Assembly: GCA_037442105.1 (NCBI GenBank)
Contig: JBBIQV010000033.1
Location: 1 to 35,691, forward strand
Source: Nitrospiraceae bacterium
GTDB taxonomy: Bacteria > Nitrospirota > Nitrospiria > Nitrospirales > Nitrospiraceae
DNA: 35,691 bases
Direction of reading: 5' to 3'
Part shown: piece by piece, positions 9,753 to 18,963 of the stretch
Numbering within the stretch: position 1 is the first letter of the stretch
Layout of the letters: each line of letters starts with the position of its first letter
Program-made: the position numbers and the translations under genes
The notes under the pieces: model-generated
What the model was told of the DNA's origin: nothing
Database searches by the model: none
What the model saw: the letters and a program-made list of their open reading frames with translations, nothing else

Positions 9753-9830
9753 CCCGCGTTGGTCCTGTGCTTCCGGAGCGCGCGCCCTCAGAAGGGCCTC
9801 GTTCGATGGCCGCAGTGGGACCAACATGGG
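9753..9830 (+). repeat. palindromic intergenic element
   Basis: CCCGCGTTGGTCC / GGACCAACATGGG inverted ends and internal GCCCT-CAGA-AGGGC hairpin. Confidence 0.55.
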
Positions 9831-9948
9831 CACCCCGGTTCCCCCGCCCCTCGAAAGCACTACTAAGACTACGAATGCCCAATAGTTTCATGAACTCCGC
9901 CCCGTGTATTCTCCCGCTACATCGTCTTTCACGCGTGGAGGATTCTAC

Positions 9949-10389
9949 ATGGTGTTGGTGGCAAGTTCGATCGTCTGTTACATGAGCCTGCTAGGTATCT
10001 TGGCGGTAGCGTCTCCCGGAGTCGGGCCGATTGGGATGTTGATGTTGGTTCTGCCCGGTGACTTGATGGAATGGATGCATGCGCCTGCATATGGCCTGTT
10101 AGCCTGGCTCGCGATCCGCGGTTTTCAACGACGCGGCTGGCCAGTCCCCTATGCGTTGATCGTGGGTGTGCTTTTTGCCATTCTGTTCGGACTGTGGACG
10201 GAAGTGGCTCAAGCGTCCGCGCCTGGGCGCTCTCCGTCGGTGAAAGACTTATTGGTCGATGCCTTTGGGATTTTTGTGGCTGGCAGTCTCGTGTTATGGC
10301 AGTGGGTATCGTCTCTCAAACCATGCCGCCTCGCAGCGGTTCCAGCATGCCGGGTATTGCTCACCCAGATAGGAGCATCACCCCGATGA
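9949..10389 (+). CDS. VanZ-family membrane protein
   Basis: H..AYGLL, E..Q...PGR..S..D...D..G motif; GGAGG SD before ATG 9949. Confidence 0.8.
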   Translation: MVLVASSIVCYMSLLGILAVASPGVGPIGMLMLVLPGDLMEWMHAPAYGLLAWLAIRGFQRRGWPVPYALIVGVLFAILFGLWTEVAQASAPGRSPSVKDLLVDAFGIFVAGSLVLWQWVSSLKPCRLAAVPACRVLLTQIGASPR

Positions 10390-10727
10390 CACCAGACCTT
10401 TGCAGGCGAACTGCCAGTCGATTTTCAGTCCGGTGTCCGGCGTACTATTCCAACGGCGAGTTCCACGCCAGTGGCGTGGTAGAGAATCTCACGGACACCG
10501 GCGGATGCGTGCACGGAACCTACCCAGTGAACGCCGGGATGTCTTTGGTCATCTTCGTGATTCCGCCTGAGCCCTATGCCACGCTGCTCATTCGTCGCGC
10601 GATAGTGCGCTGGGCGAACGGCACAATCTTTGGCCTTGAACTCTCTGATCTTGATCCCACATCAGCGACCGAGCTGGCTCGTATAGCCGTCTCACAACTC
10701 CCAGGCTTGTGGTCTTCGCTCAACTGA
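10386..10727 (+). CDS. PilZ domain protein
   Basis: RxxxR (RTASR), NLTDTG variant of (D/N)xSxxG, VRW...FGL; AGGAG SD and ATGA overlap. Confidence 0.8.
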   Translation: MTPDLCRRTASRFSVRCPAYYSNGEFHASGVVENLTDTGGCVHGTYPVNAGMSLVIFVIPPEPYATLLIRRAIVRWANGTIFGLELSDLDPTSATELARIAVSQLPGLWSSLN

Positions 10728-11122
10728 CGGCGACGGAGCGTGCCTCGCGAACCACTAGCGTAGCAACCTGCTTCACTTCCTGAAACCCCGCTCTCCGAGC
10801 AGTGGAGTGGGCCTACATCAGCAATTGGGGGGCGATGGTCGGTGAAGTCTCTGGCCTCCACCTTACTACAGGATCGTCCCACTCTGTTCCCGAAATAACC
10901 GCACTTCATCGCCCTCCCTATTTCCTTATGGAAAGACCGCCGGTTAGCAGATTCATCCCGTTTTATCAGTTCAGAGTTTGTGGAAATACGGTGATCGTTA
11001 TTCGTTTATTTTCGTTCTTCCAGGAGCTCGGACTGAATGGATGTTTGTACAGCGTGAAAACCAAAACAAATTCTTAAATTAAAGCGAATATAAGCCGAGC
11101 CGTTCGATATACATGCATTTTG

Positions 11123-11135
11123 TATCAATTTGTTA
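11123..11135 (+). promoter_or_regulatory. IHF-binding consensus site
   Basis: TATCAATTTGTTA matches WATCAANNNNTTR in an AT-rich intergenic region. Confidence 0.5.
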
Positions 11136-11289
11136 GGCAGCATATCTCATCTATATGTTGCATTCTGTTGTGGTGCTAGTTGCATATCAGCCGTTCACTT
11201 AATCCTTCAATTACCCAGCTCGCTGTCTATTCTTAGTGTTGTGGCATTTTCGAAACGCAAAGCCTAGCACTTTCACTCCGGAGTTTCAT

Positions 11290-11305
11290 AGGTATTGCTC
11301 TTGCT
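11290..11305 (+). promoter_or_regulatory. candidate sigma54 promoter
   Basis: AGGTATTGCTCTTGCT, GG-N10-GC with TTGCT. Confidence 0.5.
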
Positions 11306-11374
11306 CTCTTCTCTTTCAGCACTGCCCCAGCACAGGATAGAGATCACACGCGTCATCTGCTGAACGTTGTCGGC

Positions 11375-12652
11375 TTGCCACAGGGGATGGTTGTGAATCG
11401 GAACGAGGACAGACCGTCTCAACATAGGAAGCCGACTGGCAAGCTGGCTGTAGGTTTGGGCATTGGAATGGGCCTGGCGTTGCTGGCCACGTTCAGAGGC
11501 AGACGTGGTCCTCTAAGAACCTCACCCCATACAGAAAGAGTCCAGAAAAAGCCGGCCGTTCTCGTTGTTGAAGACGAGGCAGGACCTCGTGATGCGCTCA
11601 GAGTCATCCTGCAACCTTTCTTCGATATCCACGCAGTCGACACCGCCAAGGCTGCTCTGCAGGTTCTGAGCGAACGACCGATCGACCTGATCACGTTGGA
11701 CCAGAAGCTGCCTGATCGCCAGGGACTCGATTTACTCCAAGACATTAAACATACCTATGCAGACGTTGAGGTGATCATCATTACGGGTTACGGGAGCCTG
11801 TCCTCCGCCATGGAGGGACTCCGACACGGGGCTACCGGTTACCTGCTCAAACCATTCAATGTCACCGAATTGATTACGCTCATGAATCAGACGGTGAAGA
11901 AGAAACAGCGATTGGATTTCCTCAGGACGTTCTTGCGAAAGCCAACAGCCTTATGGGGGACAGACCGAGAAGGTGCGGCCGCGTGGAAGGAACTCCGGAA
12001 CCAGTATTTCTCAATCGGAAAGCCAGCCTCGGAAGAAGTATCTACCCCATCCGCCGCCGATTTGCTTGTGTTGCTGTCCGATCTCCTTGAAGCAAAGGAC
12101 CGGCAGCTCCTCAACCATTGCAGCCGGGTCAGCTTCTACGCCACTCTGCTGGCGAACCGCTTGAACCTCACCGTGACCGAAGAGAAGTCCCTCACCCTGG
12201 GAGCGTTTTTACACGATATCGGGAAGATCCGCATCGAAGGATATGACTTCTCCCGCGACCGGATCGGCAATCTAGGCGAATCGACATCATTCCAGGGACA
12301 TCCGAACATTGGGGCGCAGGTAGCCTTACGCTTCGGGCTTCCAACTGAGGTGGTGCAGATTATATCTTGCCACCACGAACGATACGATGGGTCGGGCTAT
12401 CCCCATGGTCTGCATGGTAAGGAAATTCCGTTGCTCGCTCGGATTGTCTGCATCGCACAGGTCTATGACCACCTGACCGCTGCGATTCCCGGCCAGTCAC
12501 CGGTGGCCATCGATGACGCCCTCCGCCAAATCTCCTTAGAAGCCGGAACCCACTTCGATCCCATGTTGACCGACATCTTCATCCAAGCGGTCACTGAGTG
12601 CAAAGAGTCTCTTCCTGCCATGGCCACTGCACCTATGCCCACTAGCGTCTAA
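11375..12652 (+). CDS. response regulator with REC and HD-GYP domains and a possible N-terminal TM segment (start uncertain: 11375, 11387 or 11393)
   Basis: VEDE/LDQKLP/KPF receiver; HDIGKI, HHERYDGSGYP, GTHFDP. Confidence 0.88.
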   Translation: MPQGMVVNRNEDRPSQHRKPTGKLAVGLGIGMGLALLATFRGRRGPLRTSPHTERVQKKPAVLVVEDEAGPRDALRVILQPFFDIHAVDTAKAALQVLSERPIDLITLDQKLPDRQGLDLLQDIKHTYADVEVIIITGYGSLSSAMEGLRHGATGYLLKPFNVTELITLMNQTVKKKQRLDFLRTFLRKPTALWGTDREGAAAWKELRNQYFSIGKPASEEVSTPSAADLLVLLSDLLEAKDRQLLNHCSRVSFYATLLANRLNLTVTEEKSLTLGAFLHDIGKIRIEGYDFSRDRIGNLGESTSFQGHPNIGAQVALRFGLPTEVVQIISCHHERYDGSGYPHGLHGKEIPLLARIVCIAQVYDHLTAAIPGQSPVAIDDALRQISLEAGTHFDPMLTDIFIQAVTECKESLPAMATAPMPTSV

Positions 12653-12703
12653 TTGTCAGGCGACCACACTTTGCCTTCCTGGGATCAATTAGGAGCCTTG
12701 CCG

Positions 12704-13423
12704 CTACCAATCTGCTCCTAGCCGGTGCACGACAATTTGATGAACGACTGCGTGTCGCCCCAGCGTCGCCAGGTAGAGGGCCGTCTCCGCGATGTCATAT
12801 GGACTGATCTTCTCGCTGCGAAGAATCTCCTCCGGGGATGCATCGACCAGTTCGTCCGCCACACCGCCCGGACAGATTGCGCTCACCTTGATATGGTACG
12901 GGCGGCCCTCATCGGCTAGAGATTTTGTTAACGCCATGATTCCGTGCTTGGACGCACTGTAGGTCCCGGTACCTGCCCACGCTTGGACTCCCGCGACGCT
13001 CGCCATATTGATAATCACGCCCCCACCCTGCCGTTTCATCTGTCGAAACCCAGCACGACAACAAAAGAACGTGCCTCTCAGGTTGGTGTTGAGCACTTCA
13101 TCGAACACTTCGGTGGTTGTCTCCGCAATGCGCCCTCCGCCACCGATGCCGGCATTGTTCACCAGGATATCAAGCCGTCCGTAGCGATTCACGGTCTCTC
13201 CGATGAGGCGTTCAACCTGGGTCTCATCCGCCACGTCCGTCTGGATGACGATGCCTTCCCCGCCCTTCTGCTTGATCCGAGCAAGTGTCTCTTCGCACAA
13301 AGGCCGGCGTCGTGCGGCGATCACGACAGCCGCACTCTCCTCGGCAAACCGGAAAGCGATGGCCTTGCCAATTCCACTGCTGCCTCCCGTCACGATGGCG
13401 ATCTTGCCCGACAATCGCGTCAA
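12704..13423 (-). CDS. short-chain dehydrogenase/reductase
   Basis: TGGSSGIG, NNAG, YSASK; AGGAGG SD before a TTG start. Confidence 0.92.
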   Translation of the reverse strand: MTRLSGKIAIVTGGSSGIGKAIAFRFAEESAAVVIAARRRPLCEETLARIKQKGGEGIVIQTDVADETQVERLIGETVNRYGRLDILVNNAGIGGGGRIAETTTEVFDEVLNTNLRGTFFCCRAGFRQMKRQGGGVIINMASVAGVQAWAGTGTYSASKHGIMALTKSLADEGRPYHIKVSAICPGGVADELVDASPEEILRSEKISPYDIAETALYLATLGRHAVVHQIVVHRLGADW

Positions 13424-13586
13424 GCTATTCCTCCTAGCGCGCTAGTCCCGCGCCACCATGTCACATGCCGCCTTGCAATCCCCCCGCACCTACTCGTAAG
13501 CTGCTCACCAGATGGACGACATGCACCGCATTGCTCACAAGTCCGAGCTGATGGCGGGCAATCTGACACGCTCGTCAGAAGGAAAA

Positions 13587-14126
13587 TTATGATCGGTCTG
13601 GGCGCAGGCTATCCACATGAACCTGGAAGCTTCCTCGGACGACGTCGTGCACGTATCGGGCGAGTGCTTCGCGTACGACGGGAAAGGCAATCCGATCCCA
13701 AGGAATCGCGTCTCGGTGAAACAGTTGGACTTCCAGGCTTTCAGCTCCGGCTTGATAGGCGGGTCCACGCAGGCGACCGCGGAACACCATGTACACCTGG
13801 CTGATATGCGGCAGGCTGAACACGGCGTAGAGTGAGGTGATCTCAACGTCCGCCCGTGCCTCCTCGAACGTCTCGCGCACCGCGGCTTGCTCCGTGCTCT
13901 CGCCCGTTTCCATGAACCCGGCAGGAAACGTCCAGAGTCCGTAGCGTGGCTCGATCGCGCGCCGGCAGAGCAGAATTTTGCCATCCCACTCAGGAATGCA
14001 GCCGGCGACGATCTTCGGATTCTGGTAATGGATTTCCTGGCACGTGTCACAGACATAGCGTGGCAGGTTATCGCCAGGAGGGACCTTGCGGGTGACCGGT
14101 GCGCCGCATTGACTACAGAACTTCAT
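13587..14126 (-). CDS. NUDIX hydrolase with N-terminal zinc ribbon
   Basis: MKFCSQCG...CDTC...HYQNP, WTFPAGFME, RETFEEA. Confidence 0.9.
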   Translation of the reverse strand: MKFCSQCGAPVTRKVPPGDNLPRYVCDTCQEIHYQNPKIVAGCIPEWDGKILLCRRAIEPRYGLWTFPAGFMETGESTEQAAVRETFEEARADVEITSLYAVFSLPHISQVYMVFRGRLRGPAYQAGAESLEVQLFHRDAIPWDRIAFPVVREALARYVHDVVRGSFQVHVDSLRPDRS

Positions 14127-14157
14127 CGCAACTACCCTTTTTCGACCCTTCTTAGAA

Positions 14158-15327
14158 ATGGATAGCACAAACCACACCTTCTTTGCACCCTGCCCACGCG
14201 GGCTCGAGGCGGTACTTTCCGACGAGCTGCTCGCACTTGGCGCTGCTCAGCCTGCCCTGGTGCCGGGGGGCGTCGGCTTCAGCGGTTCCCTTGCCCTGTG
14301 CTATAGGGCAAACCTGGAAAGCCGGATTGCCAGTCGTATCCTCTGGCGCATGGCGCAAGCGCCGTATCGTTCCGAGCAGGATCTCTATCTAATTGCGCAT
14401 GACGTTCCCTGGCACCAGTGGTTCTCGCCGGCGCAGACCATCAAAGTCAAAGTGAGTGCGAAACAGTGCCCCCTCAAGAGCCTCGACTTCGTCACCCTCC
14501 GTCTTAAAGACGCAATCTGCGATCGGTTCACCGCTACCTGTGCCAGCCGTCCCAGCGTGGACACAACCAGGCCCGACATCCTCATCGTCGCCTTTCTCGA
14601 TCAGCGGACCGCGACCCTTTACCTTGACACATCGGGAGATCCCTTGTTCAAGCGGGGCTTGCGACAGCGGGTGAGCGAAGCCCCCTTGCGGGAAAACTTG
14701 GCGGCGGGGATTCTTCGATTAGCCGGTTGGCGACCGGACCAGGTCTTACTCGATCCGATGTGCGGCGGAGCGACGATTCCGATCGAAGCCGCGCTGATCG
14801 CTAAAAATATCGCGCCGGGGCTGGGACGCTCCTTCGCGTTTGAGAAGCTGCACCGGTTTGAGAAGAACGTCTGGGCTGATCTCTGCGACCAAAGCCGGGC
14901 TCAGCAACGGAAACGTGCACCGTGTTCTATCTTTGCCTGCGACCGCAGCACGAAGGCGATCCAGGCCGCTGAGGAGAATGTCCGAGCGGCAGGCCTCGCG
15001 GATGCCATCCATCTCGATCAAGCGAGTTTCCTCACCCTAACCGCACCGGCTGATGCAGGCATCCTCGTCGCGAATCCGCCCTATGGAGTGCGCATCGGCG
15101 ACGATGAGCGACTGGCGAAGATTTACCCTCTTCTCGGCGATTGCCTCAAACAACGTTTCCCTGGATGGACCGCTTACCTATTCACCGGCGATCTGAGGTT
15201 GCCCAAGTTGATCGGACTCTCTCCATCACGCCGCATTCCGCTGTTCAACGGCGCGATCGATTGCCGGCTCTATGAATTCCGAATAGTCAAAGGAGGAAAC
15301 AGAAGGAGAAAGGGCACCACGATATGA
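14158..15327 (+). CDS. rlmL: THUMP-domain rRNA methyltransferase, RlmL-like
   Basis: CPRGLE, DTSG..L.KRG, APLRENLAAG, DPMCG, NPPYG. Confidence 0.82.
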   Translation: MDSTNHTFFAPCPRGLEAVLSDELLALGAAQPALVPGGVGFSGSLALCYRANLESRIASRILWRMAQAPYRSEQDLYLIAHDVPWHQWFSPAQTIKVKVSAKQCPLKSLDFVTLRLKDAICDRFTATCASRPSVDTTRPDILIVAFLDQRTATLYLDTSGDPLFKRGLRQRVSEAPLRENLAAGILRLAGWRPDQVLLDPMCGGATIPIEAALIAKNIAPGLGRSFAFEKLHRFEKNVWADLCDQSRAQQRKRAPCSIFACDRSTKAIQAAEENVRAAGLADAIHLDQASFLTLTAPADAGILVANPPYGVRIGDDERLAKIYPLLGDCLKQRFPGWTAYLFTGDLRLPKLIGLSPSRRIPLFNGAIDCRLYEFRIVKGGNRRRKGTTI

Positions 15328-17348
15328 AGATCCCGGCCTGGCGACAATCCGGCATGCCTCTGTTCCTACTCGTCCTGACCGGCTGCAGCATAATCCAAGA
15401 ATTGTTCCCGCCGCCGGATGTCCGCTCGTTGGTTCCCGGTCGGATACGGCAATCCGTTCTGTCTCGCGTCCAGCCGGATGTACAAATGGAACTCGATCGG
15501 CACATGTCGGTCCATCAGGCAACCGTCCTCCAGGCTGTGTCCTCCAAGGCAACAAGTTTTCCCGCTGGTTTCAAACTGCGCCTCCCGGTTCAGAGTTTGA
15601 CCGATCCATGGACCGGGCTCACGGCCATCGAGCAACACGGGCTCCTCATCGCCGAGCTGGCCGAGGGTGGCAAAGAAAACTTGCCGGTCCTCATCGATAT
15701 CATGGAGGCTGGTGCGGACCGCACGGCTGCATTCTTCAACCCGATTCCTTTCCCATCCGCTAAGAGCCGAGAAGAAGCAGCGACCTTTCTCACCGATGTA
15801 CTTGCGCAGGCCGGCGTCCTCCGCGAGAAGGCTCTCCGAAATCTTTCCGAGGAAGACCGCACGTGGCTCTTCATCCATTCTCGTTCGATGGTCGAGCACT
15901 TTATTCCCCATGTCGCAGCCTTCACTGACCAGAGCGCCTCCCAGGTAAAAGCCGATCGACGCTTCGTGCAGACTGTGGCCGAACAGGTTGATTACGCCGC
16001 GCTCATCGCGGCGGCCGAGGCACTGACCCGTCTGGCCAACGATCGCTGGCTTCGCCAACTGTGGGTCCTGTTCCACAACCAGCCGCCGCTCTCGACGCCG
16101 CCACAAGGCATGAACGGCCAGATTCTCCTGGCACAGGAAACATCCTATGGACTTATCGTCATTGGGGGTGTGGGACCCAATACCTACGATATGGATCAAC
16201 ACGTGGCGCTGGTCATCGATCTTGGAGGGGATGACACGTACCGAGGAACAATCGCCACCTCGAGCCAGGTCGGACAAGGTAACAGCGTCGTGATTGATTT
16301 GTCCGGCAACGACACTTACGAAGCGGCCCCGCTCGGCTTGGCGACCGGTCGGCTGGGCGTTGGCCTGCTCGCCGACTTGTCCGGCGACGATGTATATCAC
16401 CTTGGTCTCGGTTCCGGTGGTACCGGGTTCGCCGGCCTCGGCATCCTCTACGACGGGAATGGCAACGATGTCTATATGGGTAGTCGTTTCACGCAAGGGA
16501 CGGCCATCGCGGGGCTCGGCTTGCTCCTCGATGAAGCAGGAAACGATCGTTATGTGAGCGACGGCTACGCGATCGGCTTCGGCGGTCCGCAGGGCATCGG
16601 GGCAGTGATCGACGTCAAAGGAAACGATACCTACCAGTGCGGCGAGAAGTATCCCAGCAACTACAACGCCCTCGATGCACCACATGCAACACCGGGTGAC
16701 CCTCTGTTTCAGTATGATTGTTTCGGATTGGGCACGGGCTCCGGCAGACGCGTGCTCGCGAAACAACCCGATCAACAAGCCTACAACTTGGCAGGAGGTT
16801 GGGGCATATTGCTCGATCTCCATGGAAACGATCGGTATCGCAGTGCCAACTTCTCTCAGGGGTGCGGCTACTTCTTCGGAATCGGCCTCAAGCTCGACTT
16901 GGACGGCGATGACGACCATGCGGCGGCTCGCTATGGCCACGCAGCCGGGGCCCACTTCGGCGTTGGACTCTTCATCGACAAGCACGGTGACGACCGCTAC
17001 AGTTCAACCGGGCCGCTCTACAATGGAGGCACGGCCTGGGACTTCAGCGTGATGGTGGCCATCGACGCCGGAACCGGCGCCGACCAGTATGATTTCCAGC
17101 GATCATCCGGCCTCGGGAAAGCCGAACATACCTCCTGGAGTCTCTTCATCGAGGAAGGTGGAAACGACCGGTACCTCTTATCCAATGGGCTCGGCAGTGC
17201 CTCGGATGACAGCCTGAGCGGCTTCTTCGATTTGGCCGGGAAGGACGAGTACCCGCCGCCAGCTTCCATGAACAGCCCTGCTGGCACAACACGGGGCAAC
17301 GGGATCATCCTCCTGGAGTCGGCCGGCAGCTTGTTCGTGGACCGATAA
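15324..17348 (+). CDS. large lipoprotein with about 12 D-x-x-G-[DN]-D-x-Y repeats
   Basis: LTGC lipobox; Gly-rich repeats of about 26 aa; ATGA overlap with the rlmL-like gene. Confidence 0.85.
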   Translation: MKIPAWRQSGMPLFLLVLTGCSIIQELFPPPDVRSLVPGRIRQSVLSRVQPDVQMELDRHMSVHQATVLQAVSSKATSFPAGFKLRLPVQSLTDPWTGLTAIEQHGLLIAELAEGGKENLPVLIDIMEAGADRTAAFFNPIPFPSAKSREEAATFLTDVLAQAGVLREKALRNLSEEDRTWLFIHSRSMVEHFIPHVAAFTDQSASQVKADRRFVQTVAEQVDYAALIAAAEALTRLANDRWLRQLWVLFHNQPPLSTPPQGMNGQILLAQETSYGLIVIGGVGPNTYDMDQHVALVIDLGGDDTYRGTIATSSQVGQGNSVVIDLSGNDTYEAAPLGLATGRLGVGLLADLSGDDVYHLGLGSGGTGFAGLGILYDGNGNDVYMGSRFTQGTAIAGLGLLLDEAGNDRYVSDGYAIGFGGPQGIGAVIDVKGNDTYQCGEKYPSNYNALDAPHATPGDPLFQYDCFGLGTGSGRRVLAKQPDQQAYNLAGGWGILLDLHGNDRYRSANFSQGCGYFFGIGLKLDLDGDDDHAAARYGHAAGAHFGVGLFIDKHGDDRYSSTGPLYNGGTAWDFSVMVAIDAGTGADQYDFQRSSGLGKAEHTSWSLFIEEGGNDRYLLSNGLGSASDDSLSGFFDLAGKDEYPPPASMNSPAGTTRGNGIILLESAGSLFVDR

Positions 17349-17520
17349 GCAGCGGGAGCATGCAAGCAGATAAGAAATCAGGCATCAGACGACACCGGTT
17401 GGTCTTTTCCCGCCCTGGCGTTTTTTTGATCAATCCTCGCCCAAGTGCTGAAGTCCCGATATACTAAGCCCGTACCGTGATAGACCACCGGACGGCGTCA
17501 TCAAGAGGTGAGAGTGCCGG

Positions 17521-18963
17521 ATGCCTTACTCTGATCGCTCGCGACGACTACGGCAACGTTTCTTCTACAAGATCGGCGCTGAGTTCACGGTCGCAGCCAC
17601 CGTCCTGGTGCTGATCGGTCTGGCGTCCTATGAAAGCTTCCGAGAATTCGAGAACACCTCCGACTGGGTAACCCATACACAAGAAGAAATGGCGGCATTA
17701 CATGCGGTGTCGTCACACACACTGGGAGCCGTGAGCGCAGTCCGCGGTTATCTGGTGACGGGGAAGGAACGCTTTCTCGAACCCTACAAGAAAGCGTTGA
17801 CTTCCCTTGACCACGATCAGACACGGCTGGCCACTCTTCTCCAGGATAATCCTGAGCAGGTGCAGCGGTTCGAACGCCTGAAGCGCCTCATCGGTCAACA
17901 ACTGGATGTGTTGAAGGCTCTGATCGCCAGGCGCAACCACGCCGCTTCCACCCCGGCACAGATAGAATCCTCCATGGATCAGAGTAAGGCAATCATGGAT
18001 TCGATTCGTGTCACCATCAAGGACATGCAGGACGTGGAGAAGGCGTTATTGCTCGCACGGGAGCAGCATGCCGATGCGAAAGGAAGGAACGCGATACTCA
18101 CTTCCGTGATCGGTGACATACTGGATATCCTCATTCTGATCTGGGTCGCACTCCAGATACGCCGTGAGATCGCCGCACGCCAACAGGCGCAGGAGCACCT
18201 CCAGCAAGCGCGCGATGAACTTGAGGTGAGGATCCGGCAGCGAACGAAGGACTTGGAGGAAGCGAACCAGCGCCTCCGACTCCTGTCGAGCCGGCTTATC
18301 GCGGTCCAAGAGGAGGAACGCCGCCACATCGCCCGCGACCTGCACGATGAAATCGGCCAGTCGCTGACGGCCATGAAACTCAGTTTGCGGGAGGTGCACA
18401 ACCTTTCCTATGGACGGGCGACAGCCTCCTTTCTTGCGGATAGTCTCGAGATCCTCGATCAGGTCATCCAGAACGTGAGAAGCCTTGCCTTGGATCTGCG
18501 TCCGTCCTTGCTCGATGAATTGGGGTTGGTACCCGCGCTCAAATGGTGCGTCAATCGCCAGGGTGTACGGGCCGGGTGGGAAGCGGAGTTCTCGGCAGAT
18601 CAAGCGATCGACCGCTTTCCGGCCGAAGTTGAAATCGCCTGCTTCCGTGTCGCGCAGGAAGCGTTGACCAACGTGGCCCGGCATGCCGAGGCCACACATG
18701 TGCGGGTCAGGTTGAGCCAGCAGAACGGTCACCTCTGGCTGGAGATCGAGGATAACGGCAAGGGGTTCGACATCGACGGTGCGCGAGCCCTTGCCAAAAC
18801 AGGCACGAGCATGGGATTGCTCGGCATGGAAGAACGGGTGCGACTGGTTGGAGGACAGATGGCGATCCTGTCATCTCGGGGAACGGGAACGCGGATCAGA
18901 GTCGGTGTTCCCCTCGTTGCACCGAGCCAGCAACCGGTCGAGTCCGTAGAGAAGGCGGCGTGA
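17521..18963 (+). CDS. CHASE3 sensor histidine kinase (HisKA_3 type)
   Basis: 2 TM, RGYLVTG..FL.PY CHASE3, EEERRHIARDLHDEIGQ, EALTNVARH, DNGKGF, GLLGMEER. Confidence 0.92.
   Translation: MPYSDRSRRLRQRFFYKIGAEFTVAATVLVLIGLASYESFREFENTSDWVTHTQEEMAALHAVSSHTLGAVSAVRGYLVTGKERFLEPYKKALTSLDHDQTRLATLLQDNPEQVQRFERLKRLIGQQLDVLKALIARRNHAASTPAQIESSMDQSKAIMDSIRVTIKDMQDVEKALLLAREQHADAKGRNAILTSVIGDILDILILIWVALQIRREIAARQQAQEHLQQARDELEVRIRQRTKDLEEANQRLRLLSSRLIAVQEEERRHIARDLHDEIGQSLTAMKLSLREVHNLSYGRATASFLADSLEILDQVIQNVRSLALDLRPSLLDELGLVPALKWCVNRQGVRAGWEAEFSADQAIDRFPAEVEIACFRVAQEALTNVARHAEATHVRVRLSQQNGHLWLEIEDNGKGFDIDGARALAKTGTSMGLLGMEERVRLVGGQMAILSSRGTGTRIRVGVPLVAPSQQPVESVEKAA

Noticed and set aside
10802..11077. 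91-aa ORF in the AT-rich intergenic region
   Set aside because: No SD or recognisable motif; atypical composition.
11241..11300. ACGCAAAGCCT resembling part of a c-di-GMP-I riboswitch upstream of an HD-GYP gene
   Set aside because: The GNRA-capped P2 stem and P3 could not be built by eye; an Infernal search with the c-di-GMP-I model would settle it.
15366..16985. 539-aa antisense ORF
   Set aside because: Lies entirely opposite the repeat lipoprotein; no motifs; typical shadow ORF of GC-rich coding DNA.
17411..17427. CGCC-CT-GGCG followed by a T run as a terminator
   Set aside because: Stem and loop too short to call with confidence.
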